A DNA stretch of 64,000 nt from Anaerolineae bacterium (GCA_016783145.1 JADHXD010000004.1:5736-69735), one strand, 5' to 3'. Counted from the stretch's first letter, positions 53,638 through 62,972 are shown. The notes: generated from the sequence alone by a model not told the origin. Translations and numbers: made by a program.

Positions 53638-53681
53638 TTCCCCCCCCCTTTGTCAGACGCCAATGGACTTTTGCTTGCCCT

Positions 53682-53710
53682 ATTATACCACAAATCAAGG
53701 CCCATGGCAA
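53682..53710 (-). promoter_or_regulatory. Sigma70-type promoter for the nuclease gene
   Basis: The minus strand reads TTGCCA, 17 nt, then TGgTATAAT. Confidence 0.55.
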
Positions 53711-53786
53711 TATTCAGGCAAGTGTTAGCATATCTTTAGTTAATTTCCAAGATCTTTGTTACCTAGTTTTCACCTTTCATGCCCCT

Positions 53787-54716
53787 TCAGAGCTGTGGAA
53801 CGCCCAGTCCTGCCGCACCTAGCTCCGAGGTGACGGCCTCGGGGTAGTAGCGGCGCAAGTGGTCGAGGCCGATCTCTGCGCGGCGCACGCGCTCGCGGCT
53901 CAAGGCGATCACCGTGCTCTCCAGGTGCGTCCCGCTGGGGTAGACGTCCGGTGCGTTGCGCAAGCCGAACTTGAGGTAGATGGGCGCAGCGACCCGCACG
54001 ATCTCGGCGATCTCGTAATGGCGGATAAAGCCGCCGAAATTGTCGGGCACCTCGACGTACAGGTCGATCGGGATGGTGACGGCCGCCCGGATCGCCGCCA
54101 GCTTGGCGAGGTCGAGGTCGGTGGGGACGTTGTAGGTGCCGGCGCCCATCTGCTCCTGCAAGCGAATGCTCGCCGGGTTGGCAGCTCCCATCTGCACAGA
54201 GATCTTGCAGACCAGGCCGGCGGGCAGCTCTCCGGCTGCCTTCATCTTTCCTACCACCCACAGCAGTCCCTCGTCGGCCAGCAGCACGCTGCGGATGCCC
54301 AGGCCGCACGCGCGCTTGATGTCCTCGATCGCATAGATGAGCTGCTCCATACCACGGTGGCGAGCGCCCAGGTTTCTCCCGGCTGGTGAGAGGATCTGCG
54401 AGCCTGTTTCCCACGCCGCTCGCGGACCGACAAACAGGCTGACCTCCACCGGTGCCTCTGCCCCCAAGCGGGCCATCTCGCGGATCTCGCTGTCGGTGAG
54501 CAGCATGATCCCGCTGCCCTGGCTGATGCGGTGGACGCGCACACGGCGGGCCTCGGCTTCACCCAGCACGGCAGCCAGGGCCCGAGGCCCCTCGACGCTG
54601 GGGATCTCGACCCGATACTGGGCGCCATCGGGGAAGCGCTTGCCCGAAGTGGGCAGGTCGTGCAGATCGCCTGGCGGCAGGCCCAGGCTCTGCAGGAATC
54701 GACGCGTTGCTTGCAT
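53787..54716 (-). CDS. Conserved hypothetical protein, probable (beta/alpha)-barrel, with a weak by-eye resemblance to the peptidase-U32 core
   Basis: ORF 53787..54872. ATG 54716 lies 2 nt after the NUDIX stop. The block LLADEGLLWVVGKM...VCKISVQMGAANPASI...AAIRAAVTIPIDLYVEV is collinear with U32-family cores as I recall them. No Cys cluster is present. This is unverified. Confidence 0.7.
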   Translation of the reverse strand: MQATRRFLQSLGLPPGDLHDLPTSGKRFPDGAQYRVEIPSVEGPRALAAVLGEAEARRVRVHRISQGSGIMLLTDSEIREMARLGAEAPVEVSLFVGPRAAWETGSQILSPAGRNLGARHRGMEQLIYAIEDIKRACGLGIRSVLLADEGLLWVVGKMKAAGELPAGLVCKISVQMGAANPASIRLQEQMGAGTYNVPTDLDLAKLAAIRAAVTIPIDLYVEVPDNFGGFIRHYEIAEIVRVAAPIYLKFGLRNAPDVYPSGTHLESTVIALSRERVRRAEIGLDHLRRYYPEAVTSELGAAGLGVPQL

Positions 54717-54718
54717 GG

Positions 54719-55258
54719 TCACGTTGCTCCTTTGACTGGGAAATGGGTTCTTGGCTGTCCGCCATCCACCCCATCCCACGGCTCCAGCTCCAGCTCGTGG
54801 ATGGTCTCGTTGTCCCCCTTGAACGTAAAGTGCCCCCGCAAGCGCTCCCCGGCAAGCACACGAGAAAGCCAATGTGCATCATCCTGCCACATCTGGTCGA
54901 AGGGAATGTCCTCCACAGGGAACCAAGACGGCACCATTTCCCTGCTCTCCGCCGGTTCTCCCTCCCACACGGTGGACAGGAACGCGTGCACGACCTGGTT
55001 CCAGTCAGGTTCTTCAGGAAAGACAAAGGTCAGGTGCGCGACCTGCGTGAGGTCCAGTTCGAGGACCCGAACGCCGGTCTCTTCTGCCATCTCCCGGATC
55101 GCAGCCATGGCGATCGTCTCGCCCGCCTGTACCTTTCCGCCAAAACCGTTGTACTTGGCCGCCCCAAAGCCAACCTTCTTGTAGCCCAGAAGGACTTGTC
55201 TCGGAGGACCTTCCTGGAGCAGAAAACACAGTGTCGCGTCTCGCATCATCCCTCTCAT
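54719..55258 (-). CDS. NUDIX hydrolase, MTH1/NUDT1-like (oxidised purine NTP pyrophosphatase)
   Basis: ORF 54719..55258. VLLGYKKVGFGAAKYNGFGGKVQAGETIAMAAIREMAEETG is the Nudix box. WFPVEDIPFDQMWQDDAHW is collinear with MTH1-type proteins. The exact start is uncertain. Confidence 0.87.
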   Translation of the reverse strand: MRGMMRDATLCFLLQEGPPRQVLLGYKKVGFGAAKYNGFGGKVQAGETIAMAAIREMAEETGVRVLELDLTQVAHLTFVFPEEPDWNQVVHAFLSTVWEGEPAESREMVPSWFPVEDIPFDQMWQDDAHWLSRVLAGERLRGHFTFKGDNETIHELELEPWDGVDGGQPRTHFPVKGAT

Positions 55259-55370
55259 AGGGCTGCAGGATCCCTTCCCGGCGTACCTGGGGAGCCTGCC
55301 AGATCTTGGGCGCTCCTATAGGTCAAAAGCCATTCCCTGCCCTTTGACAGGCTATCCGGCAGGGCGCACG

Positions 55371-56141
55371 TCAGCGCACCGTCCAGCCGCCATCGATCGA
55401 GATGCCCGCCCCGGTGACAAAACTGGAAGCGTCACTGGCGAGGAACAAGGCCAACCCGCCGATCTCTTCCGGTTCACCCCACCTCCCCAGGGGGACCTGG
55501 GCAGCAAACACACGGTACTTTTCCCGGTCCTCCATCAGCGGGCGGTTCATTTCCGTGCCAAAGGGACCGGGCAGAATGGCGTTGACGGTGATCCCGTAGG
55601 GCGCCCACTCCAGGGCCAGCGTGCGCGTAAGCTGGAGCACTCCTCCTTTGCTCGTGGCGTAAGGGGTGCGGTCAGGAATGGAGACGATCGACAGCGTAGA
55701 GCCCACGTTGATCACCCGGCCGTAGCGGCGGGCCTTCATATGGGCGGCAACCGCGCGGCACATCAGCCACACACCGGTCACGTTCGTCGCCTGCACCTGG
55801 AGGAACTCCTCCAGAGACAGCTCCTCAATCGGCCCGCGAATGTTGATCCCCGCGTTGTTGATCACGACGTCGATGTGGCCAAACTCGGCGATCACCTGCC
55901 CCACCAACGCCTCGACCTGCGCCGGATCGCTGACGTCGCAGCCGTATCCTCTGCACGCGGGACCGTATGCGGACTCTAACTCTTCGCCGGCGGCGCGCGC
56001 CTGATCCGCAGACCGGCTGCAGACCACAACGTTGGCCCCAGCATCCGCCAGCGCTTTGGCCATTTCCACCCCCAGCCCCCGACTGCCGCCAGTGACGATG
56101 GCGACCTTGCCCCCCATGCGAAAACGTTCGAGGATGCTCAC
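55371..56141 (-). CDS. Short-chain dehydrogenase/reductase (gluconate-5-dehydrogenase-like)
   Basis: ORF 55371..56141. VAIVTGGSRGLG, NNAGIN and YATSKGG. Confidence 0.9.
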   Translation of the reverse strand: MSILERFRMGGKVAIVTGGSRGLGVEMAKALADAGANVVVCSRSADQARAAGEELESAYGPACRGYGCDVSDPAQVEALVGQVIAEFGHIDVVINNAGINIRGPIEELSLEEFLQVQATNVTGVWLMCRAVAAHMKARRYGRVINVGSTLSIVSIPDRTPYATSKGGVLQLTRTLALEWAPYGITVNAILPGPFGTEMNRPLMEDREKYRVFAAQVPLGRWGEPEEIGGLALFLASDASSFVTGAGISIDGGWTVR

Positions 56142-56177
56142 AGCGTTCGACCTCCTGTTGTCGTTTGCCCGATATGA

Positions 56178-58355
56178 CTAGAAGAGGTGCCTGCCGCCCC
56201 GCGCCATCGCTGCCTCGATCTGCTCCTGGGAGGGCAGAACCGCTTCCTCCAGCCTCCGCGAGACGGGGGGTGGGACGTCCAGCGCGGCGACTTTTGCCAC
56301 CGGACAGTCCAGGTAGTCAAAGAACCGCTCCTGGATCTCGTCGCTGATCCGCCCGCCCAGGGTGAGGCTGCGCGGCCCTTGCTCGACGATCAGGGCGCAC
56401 CCCGTCTTTCTTACCGACTCGCCGATGGCCGCGAAATCCATGCCCGTATAGTCCAGGGTCCGGAGATCGATCACCTCGGCGCTGATCCCCTGAGCCTCCA
56501 GGCTTTGGGCCGCTCGCACGCACTGGTCCACGCCGGTCAGGTAGGTGAGCACGGTGACGTCCACACCCGGGCGGACGACCTTGGCCTTGCCGTACTGGAC
56601 CAGGTAGTCCAATGTGTCCACAGGCACCTGGCCCTCTTGGGGGTACAGCATGCCGTGCTCGACGATGAGCACAGGGTCGTTGAAGCGCATCGCCGTGTTG
56701 AACAGGCCGACATAGTCAAAGGGGTTTGAGGGAGCCACGATCCGCCACCCGGAAAAGAGCGCGAAAAACGCGCTGGGGTCCATCGAGTGCTGTCCCCCGT
56801 ACCCAAAGCCGATCGCGACCCGGGTGCGGACAACGACCGGAAAGCACACCTGACCGCCGTACATATGCCGGAGCTTGCCGATCTGGTTGAACAACTGGTC
56901 AGAGGCCATCAGGCTGAAATCGGGGAACATGATCTCGACGACAGGCCGCAGCCCCACAGAGGCCAGCCCACCCGCCATACCCACGAACCCGGTCTCCGAG
57001 ATCGGGGTGTTGAACAGCCGCTCCGGGATCCTTTCTGGGATGCCCCTGGTCGCAGCGTACGCTCCGCCCCTGAGGTTGGCCACCTCCTCGCCCAGGACGA
57101 CCACCCGCTCATCCCGTTCCATGTTCCGCAGGATCACTCCGGCCACGGCCTGGACGTAGGTCACCGTCTTGAGCTCGGTGAAATCCTCCGCCTCTACGAA
57201 CGTTTCGCCGGCAAAGAGGTCCTCCTCACAACGGATGTCCTGAGCCGCCGAATCCGCAGAGGGCCACTTGGAGGCAGGAATGATCCGCTGCTCGTCCCTC
57301 TCCTCCGTGCACGCGGCCAGAGCGCGCGCGACGGACGCCCTGGCCATCTCCCGCAGGCGTTCGTCCTCGCCCGGTTCGAGCAGGCCGGAGCGGATCAGCT
57401 TTTCGGGAAAGGTCACGAGAGGATCCCGGCCTGTCCACTCTGCCTCTTCCTCCTTGGAACGATAGCCAAAGGCGCTCCCGACCAGGCCACCTCCGTGATG
57501 ATAGTACCGGTAGGTCTTGGCTTCGATCAAGAAGGGAAAGGGCTCGCGGCGCATCGCGTCCACGGCATCGCGCACGGCGACGTACATCGCCACCGGGTCC
57601 ATGCCATCGACGATGGCGCTGTCAAACCCGTAGCCGATGCTCCTCAGCGCCAGGTCCTCGACACACGATGACTCGGACGTGCACGTCCCCACCGCATACA
57701 GGTTGTTCTCGACGAGGTAGAGGACGGGGACGCGCCACAGAGCGGCCATGTTGGCTACCTCGTGGAAGCAGCCCTGGTTGATCGCCCCATCCCCAAAGAA
57801 AGAGACGACGACCGAGTCCGTTACCTGGATCGCCTGCGCCCAGGCCGCGCCGGTGGCGATGGGAATGCCCCCTCCGACGATCGCGTTGCTGCCCAGGTTC
57901 CCTGACTGGGCGTCGTAGAGGTGCATCGACCCGCCGCGCCCGCCACACCACCCATCCCGCAGGCCCATGATCTCGGCCAAGGTCTTGTCCACAGCCTTCT
58001 GCATCTCTGGCGTGATGGGGTCCCGGATGGGCTGGAAATCATCGGGGGCGTAGTACAGGAACGCCTTGGAGAGAAAGTGGCCGTGCGCGCGATGGGTAGA
58101 GGCGACCATATCTGACTTGCACAGGGCAACAGCAACCGCTGCCGCGACGGCCTCTTGACCGATGCTGGCGTGCACCGGCCCGTGGATCAGGTCCGCATCC
58201 TTGAGTTCCAGCACCGTGGTCTCAAATTCCCTGATCAGGTATAGAAGCGCCAACATGCGGACGGAATCGTCTCGCCCGATCGCCCGCAAGTCCTCCTCCC
58301 CAACCTGCAGTTCGCGACACACCGCCGGCGCCTTGCGCTCGATCCACTTGGTCAC
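56178..58355 (-). CDS. Fused 2-oxoacid/acetoin dehydrogenase E1 alpha+beta (TPP-dependent), 725 aa
   Basis: ORF 56178..58445. GTG 58355 has GGAGGT 5 nt upstream. Alpha part: HGPVHASIGQEA...GDGAINQGCFHEVANMAALWRVPVLYLVENNLYA. Beta part: FNTPISETGFVGMAGGLA...IVAPSNPFD. Confidence 0.88.
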   Translation of the reverse strand: MTKWIERKAPAVCRELQVGEEDLRAIGRDDSVRMLALLYLIREFETTVLELKDADLIHGPVHASIGQEAVAAAVAVALCKSDMVASTHRAHGHFLSKAFLYYAPDDFQPIRDPITPEMQKAVDKTLAEIMGLRDGWCGGRGGSMHLYDAQSGNLGSNAIVGGGIPIATGAAWAQAIQVTDSVVVSFFGDGAINQGCFHEVANMAALWRVPVLYLVENNLYAVGTCTSESSCVEDLALRSIGYGFDSAIVDGMDPVAMYVAVRDAVDAMRREPFPFLIEAKTYRYYHHGGGLVGSAFGYRSKEEEAEWTGRDPLVTFPEKLIRSGLLEPGEDERLREMARASVARALAACTEERDEQRIIPASKWPSADSAAQDIRCEEDLFAGETFVEAEDFTELKTVTYVQAVAGVILRNMERDERVVVLGEEVANLRGGAYAATRGIPERIPERLFNTPISETGFVGMAGGLASVGLRPVVEIMFPDFSLMASDQLFNQIGKLRHMYGGQVCFPVVVRTRVAIGFGYGGQHSMDPSAFFALFSGWRIVAPSNPFDYVGLFNTAMRFNDPVLIVEHGMLYPQEGQVPVDTLDYLVQYGKAKVVRPGVDVTVLTYLTGVDQCVRAAQSLEAQGISAEVIDLRTLDYTGMDFAAIGESVRKTGCALIVEQGPRSLTLGGRISDEIQERFFDYLDCPVAKVAALDVPPPVSRRLEEAVLPSQEQIEAAMARGGRHLF

Positions 58356-58392
58356 CCGACACCTCCACGTGATCCCTGCTGTGCCCAACTCG

Positions 58393-58827
58393 TCATCGCT
58401 GCGGGACGATCTCTCTGATCTCGCAGACCTCGTACTCCGCCCCATGGAAGTAGGCCACGTACACTCCGGGCCGGATCTCTACTGGCTCTCCCAGGAACGT
58501 GACCCCGTGATCCAGCAGGTGCCGGTAGGTGCCCCAAAAGTCCTCTACGATGAACCCGATGTGAATGAGCCCATAGTCGCTCTGCTGAGGATCTGGCCTT
58601 GGCTCGCGTCCCGGCGGATGCCTGTAGTCGAACAGCTCGACCACTGAATCGCCGAGCTTCATATGCACGATGCGCACCACCGTGCCCTCTACGCCGATCA
58701 ACCTGGCCATAGGCTCATCGAACGTGCGATCGAACACCACGGTCATGCCGATGACGTCGCGGTAGAACGCGATCACGTGCTCCATATCGCGGACGCTCAT
58801 CGCCACGTGGTCTGCCCTTGTGAACAT
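58393..58827 (-). CDS. VOC-family (glyoxalase/bleomycin-resistance/dioxygenase) protein
   Basis: ORF 58393..58827. GGAGG lies 5 nt upstream. HVAMSVRDMEHVIAFYRDVIGM...HIGFIVEDF show paired beta-alpha-beta-beta-beta modules. Confidence 0.88.
   Translation of the reverse strand: MFTRADHVAMSVRDMEHVIAFYRDVIGMTVVFDRTFDEPMARLIGVEGTVVRIVHMKLGDSVVELFDYRHPPGREPRPDPQQSDYGLIHIGFIVEDFWGTYRHLLDHGVTFLGEPVEIRPGVYVAYFHGAEYEVCEIREIVPQR
58662..58827. repeat. Direct repeat copy A (VOC gene codons 1-55)
   Basis: It aligns without indels to 63491-63656, at an offset of 4829 bp. I count 8 mismatches over about 164 aligned nt by hand. Confidence 0.9.
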
Positions 58828-58981
58828 CTACGCCTCCAGTTCGACCAGGATCCTGACGGCCTCGCCACCCCGCGTCCATGAAGGCAGGTTCTAGACTCAA
58901 TACTTCTCGAATAGGAAACGAGGTGGCTTCTGTGGCATACTTTCAAGACTGCCAATCCGAAGGATACCAAGGAGCCACCTC

Positions 58982-59206
58982 ATGGACTATAGATTACGCC
59001 AATTCGAGGCAGGAAGCTAATTCATCAGTGAGTTGACGGCAGAAGCCATTGGTCGTGTGGTGCCTATGACAAAGGTCGAGGCCGTCATCGAAGAAACAGG
59101 GACACGAGAGGTGCGCGAACGCAAGTTGCATATGGTCGCGATTGTATTGCTGGTCATTGCAATGGGCATCTACACCCGCCTCTCGAAATGTCCAACTTTG
59201 GCTTGA
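58982..59206 (+). pseudogene. IS4-family transposase, N-terminal fragment with an in-frame stop
   Basis: My translation is MDYRLRQFEAGS*FISELTAEAIGRVVPMTKVEAVIEETGTREVRERKLHMVAIVLLVIAMGIYTRLS... It is collinear with the IS4 N-terminal DNA-binding domain (..LISRCLAESGTVTLRKRRLPLEMMVWCIVGMAL..), compared from memory. There is a stop at 59018 and the frame is lost after 59206. Confidence 0.6.
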
Positions 59207-59231
59207 GGAGGCCAGAGCACCAGCATTGGCC

Positions 59232-60719
59232 TCAGCCAACAACATCCTTTCGCCAACCGGTAGCCCGTATTCGATGAGTATTGATTCTAGTCCATTTCTC
59301 GCCTGCCTGGCCTCTTCCCTGCCTTGCGCTTCGAAAGCCCTGGTGGGAGGCGAACCGCACGGCGATGAAGAACGCGGCAATGGGGGCTACGTGCAGCACC
59401 AGTCGACTCAACGAAGTCTCTACGTGCAGGATGTATGACGGCCAGATTGAGAAAACAAAGCTGCCCGTGATCAGCCATATGTAGACACCCACTACAATGA
59501 ACAAGTAGCTCTTGCCGATCGAGATCCGTTTCGGAGAGGGAAACAAGACAGACAGTAAGTATAGAATCCACAACGCACCCCAGCGGGTAGAGGTCAATTC
59601 AGCGAGCAACATCCTGCAAAGGACGGGGAATCGGTGTGCGTTGGTTAGGAAAGCTTGCATCGTAACGGACGCGAAATCATTGTCGGGAACATCTCTCAGA
59701 GAGAGGTACAGGAACCACGGTAGAATCATCGCGCCAGGCAGCAAGTAGGTAAGGACGGCCTTGACCCGGCATCTCCAAGTCTGATCGCGGCTGGTGAGTG
59801 CGAGTACTGAAACAGCGCACAGATTTACCAGCCAGAGGACCACTCCTTCGCGCTTGCACCACATTCCCAGGGCGGATAACACGGCGGCCGATCTCAGATC
59901 GTCAAGACGATGTCCCTGTATCCAAAAGTACACGCCGACGGAGGTCCCCAGCGCAAGGGCACTCAGAGGCACGTCGGCATAGCCAGATGAGGAATACATA
60001 ATCAGGGTGGGAGTCATCGCCAGCAAGATCGTAGATGTCAGGCCATACGGCACAGAGTGCCTACGCTGCACGGCGCAATAAAACAGCACCATCAGAGATA
60101 CAGCGAAGCCTACAAACAACACCTTGACCCACTGCTCGTCCACCTCTCCCAAGAGCAAGTATACCCACGCCTCAGACAAGGGAACCAGGAGTGGATAACC
60201 TAAGTGGGACCACATCCTGGAGAGATCGTCGATATGCGAGCGAGAAACGCCCCCTTCCAGTGAAAAGGCCTTGGCCTTGATCCCCCAGATGGCCAGTCCA
60301 TCCCATCCCAGGTCGGTCTGTAAGGCAGCGAGAGCTAGGCTCGCGATTTGAGACGACAGAATGAGCAACAGGAGAGGAGGCAACCACGAAGAGGTAAGGC
60401 CTGGCAACCAACGCTTCCCTTGTTCCTGGTCCGCCCTATGGCCTGCCCAATGTGTGATAGCCTGGTACGTTGCGTTGCCAAGAACGTAAAGCAGGCTCAA
60501 GAAAACAACGAAAAACGTAGTCCGCAAAGCTAGCCGGCTGTCCAGCAGCGAGACGTAGAAGACAAGCAGGGAAATGGCACCCGTTCCAAGCAGGAAGGAC
60601 TGGGCTGCCTTCTCGTACCAAGGACGGCGCTGTACTATGCGCAACAGTCTGGCTGCTACGTGCCCCATACTCAAAACTCCAGCCAGGCTTGCGCCTAGCT
60701 GGAGCGCGATCAGCATCAT
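59232..60719 (-). CDS. Polytopic membrane protein, GT-C-like (putative glycosyltransferase or ligase). The 3' end is probably non-native.
   Basis: ORF 59232..60719. GAGAGGAG lies 7 nt upstream. There are at least 10 hydrophobic segments. GC is lower than in neighbouring genes. The last ~40 codons (HQGFRSARQGRGQAGEKWTRINTHRIRATGWRKDVVG) are basic, non-membrane, and run towards the IS4 fragment. Confidence 0.7.
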   Translation of the reverse strand: MMLIALQLGASLAGVLSMGHVAARLLRIVQRRPWYEKAAQSFLLGTGAISLLVFYVSLLDSRLALRTTFFVVFLSLLYVLGNATYQAITHWAGHRADQEQGKRWLPGLTSSWLPPLLLLILSSQIASLALAALQTDLGWDGLAIWGIKAKAFSLEGGVSRSHIDDLSRMWSHLGYPLLVPLSEAWVYLLLGEVDEQWVKVLFVGFAVSLMVLFYCAVQRRHSVPYGLTSTILLAMTPTLIMYSSSGYADVPLSALALGTSVGVYFWIQGHRLDDLRSAAVLSALGMWCKREGVVLWLVNLCAVSVLALTSRDQTWRCRVKAVLTYLLPGAMILPWFLYLSLRDVPDNDFASVTMQAFLTNAHRFPVLCRMLLAELTSTRWGALWILYLLSVLFPSPKRISIGKSYLFIVVGVYIWLITGSFVFSIWPSYILHVETSLSRLVLHVAPIAAFFIAVRFASHQGFRSARQGRGQAGEKWTRINTHRIRATGWRKDVVG

Positions 60720-60731
60720 GGTAGACTCCTC

Positions 60732-61241
60732 TCAAGGGAACACCACTATGGAGCGCTCCGCATCGAACTCAAACAGCGCGCAGAAACGCAGGTCTGAGGA
60801 CACGTTTACCCCATCCAATATTAGGTACCGGGCGCCCTTTCGAGCAGCCAGTTCGGTCAACGCCTGGGTAGTGAGCGCGGATTCGAGCCACCAATCGACT
60901 GGCGAAGTTCGTTTAGCCGGCGTGATCCACCAGACCGGGGCTGGATATAGCTTGTAACTGAGCTGATAGTACGTCCATATGCTGGCCTGTGAGTCAGGAG
61001 TTACATACAGGACAGCAGCAGTGTCATGGATGTGCGCATCAGCAAAGGACAGGAATTCGTACTGGGTGGCTTGTTTATGCCGTCTTTCTCCTTGCTCCGA
61101 AGACGAACGCCACACCCATTGCTGATGCTGCAAACTGACGACAATTCCAACCGATGTGTGATAAGAAAAGCCAAGTACCATCAGCCACCAGAAAGGGCGC
61201 CTAATCAACAGAGAGACCTTACGACGGTGCATTATCAACAC
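60732..61241 (-). CDS. Membrane-anchored hypothetical protein (~166 aa)
   Basis: ORF 60732..61241 with an N-terminal TM segment (RPFWWLMVLGFSY). It lies 12 nt upstream of the GT-C-like gene. The start is GTG 61241 or ATG 61232. Confidence 0.6.
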   Translation of the reverse strand: MLIMHRRKVSLLIRRPFWWLMVLGFSYHTSVGIVVSLQHQQWVWRSSSEQGERRHKQATQYEFLSFADAHIHDTAAVLYVTPDSQASIWTYYQLSYKLYPAPVWWITPAKRTSPVDWWLESALTTQALTELAARKGARYLILDGVNVSSDLRFCALFEFDAERSIVVFP

Positions 61242-61276
61242 TCCGGGCAGACGGGTTCAGGTCTTGCGCTTGCGTC

Positions 61277-61305
61277 ATTCTACCATAAACAGAAAGGGAG
61301 ATCAA
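61277..61305 (-). promoter_or_regulatory. Sigma70-type promoter for the two-gene membrane module
   Basis: The minus strand reads TTGATC, 17 nt, then TGgTAGAAT. Confidence 0.5.
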
Positions 61306-61479
61306 GTCGCCCGAGGCTGGACACGGGCCGAGATATTGCGCAACATCCGAGCCCTACGTTTTGCAGATCATGCCGCATCCTCTGGCTTCCGAAACAACGA
61401 CTTTCCCACAGAGGGCGGTGTGCGCTAGCTTTTCACCACCATCGGTCGCAACTCGGCGGCTCACGACGATACGATCAGC

Positions 61480-62493
61480 GTGCACGTGGGCGACGAGCGA
61501 GCAGTCCTGATCGCCATCCAGCGCCTGAACTACATCGTCGTCAGTACAGTTCAGTTACTCCGCAAGGCCCATCTGCTCAACCCGCAAGCTTGGCAAGAAG
61601 CGCAGGTCTGTACGGACGGTACGATCCACGATGCAGCTTCTCGCATGCGCTGTACGTCTGTGCAGAACAGCTGCTATCAGCCACTCCCTGCACAAGACCC
61701 ACGTCCATGTCCCGCACAGGACAAGGGCAAGCTCAGAAGAGTCCGGTCCTGCAACTTGCCGACCCAAGATATCGCTTCAGCGTGGTCCTCTTGGATGACT
61801 TTCTGTCGGCCAACGGACGAGAAGAGAACTCCGGCACTGCCTTCCTGCTACAGACTCCGCTGCTCTACCCTGACTTGGTCATCGGAGCCGTTGCCGGAGA
61901 TCCAGATCTGGGATACTATCCCTACTTACACGCCACCTTTCTGCTGGACGCCAAACGTATCGTGGATTTGCGGGCCCGATCCCAGTGACCGGAACAAAGC
62001 ACACCGGACTGTGCGCGGCTACGACGACAAGGGACGACGGATCTACGCCTTTGGCTATGCCCTCACCGCCAATGGCTTTGACGCGGATCGGCGACGCCAC
62101 AAATAGTTTTGCAGCCAGGCCTGTCTCCAGGGGAGTCAATCCGTTGTCCAGTCGGGTGAGCTCTCTTGTCCCCCAAAGGAATGTCCGTACCAGAAGCAAC
62201 ATCCTTGTGGCAAGATCCTCAGCGCCGGTGAGACCTTCCAGGGTGGCTCCACTCGCCTCGTACGTGATGTCCCCGTCGGCTCAGCCTCCTGGAAGCATCT
62301 GTACCACCAAGCACACGATGCTTCTGAGGAATGCAATTCAGACGTGGAATCCTGGGGCCTCAGACACTTGCCCGTTTATGACCAGCCACAGGGGAGAGCC
62401 TTTGTGGCACTGGCCAATGCCTGGTTGAACCTGACTACCTTGGGCCGTCTGGTACGGGAGGCAACGACAGTCGCCTGCGCTCAGTCCGGCTGA
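61480..62493 (+). pseudogene. Decayed IS4-family-like DDE transposase spread over three reading frames
   Basis: By-eye collinearity with IS4-type transposases supports this call. ..IVVSTVQLLRKAHLLNPQAW (61480 frame) matches ..APSAVIQARQRLG... ..RFSVVLLDDFLSANGREENSGTAFLLQTPLLYPDLVIG (61026 frame) matches LLAIDG....P.E....ALYPQVK. ..LYHQAHDASEECNSDVESWGLRHLPVYDQPQGRAFVALANAWLNL (frame ending at stop 62491) matches the Y-R-E-K region and tail. These are memory-based comparisons, not a search. Confidence 0.35.
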
Positions 62494-62972
62494 CGCACCT
62501 CTCGGCATCTTGTGCACGCCCGCCTCGCAGTGCCCAATCTGCGTGGCCCCTTGCCCCTGCCAGATGCCCGGCTCCTGATTCCTCCTCATCTGCTCCCTTG
62601 CGCTCCGCTTCCCTCGCCCTGTTCACCCCGCCACCAGGGCGTCAACCACGCACCTATCCCCGCCTAGCCCTAGATACGGGGGCACTCCAGTTCACTATTC
62701 GCATCCCTGGTGCCTCCTTCCCACCTTCTACTGCGAAAGGCCGATTGGTGAAAACGAACTAGAACGGTGGGGCTGGGTGATGGCAGTATAGAGGGTCCGA
62801 CGGCGGCCACGATTTTCGTAACCAGGTCGTAACCACCTCGTCACCAGCTCGATCACGTGCTCTGCGAATCGTAACGAGTTCAAAGGCTGGTTACGACCTC
62901 GTTGGGACTCGTCAGGTTTTCCCCCTTGGACTAGAGTAGTTTCTGGTGCGAGATAGCGGCATCCGGTAGAAT

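Noticed and set aside
61026-61988. 320-aa plus-strand ORF as an intact gene
   Set aside because: Its first ~70 codons are antisense to the 60732-61241 gene. The middle is Arg/Ser/Pro-rich. Only the last ~80 codons look protein-like, and I interpret those as part of a decayed transposase.
58905-62704. Possible terminal inverted repeats of a single IS4-like element (CGAATAGGAAAC at ~58908 vs GTTCACTATTCG at ~62690)
   Set aside because: Only 7 contiguous matches and about 10/13 overall are present. This is too weak to define element ends without a database comparison.
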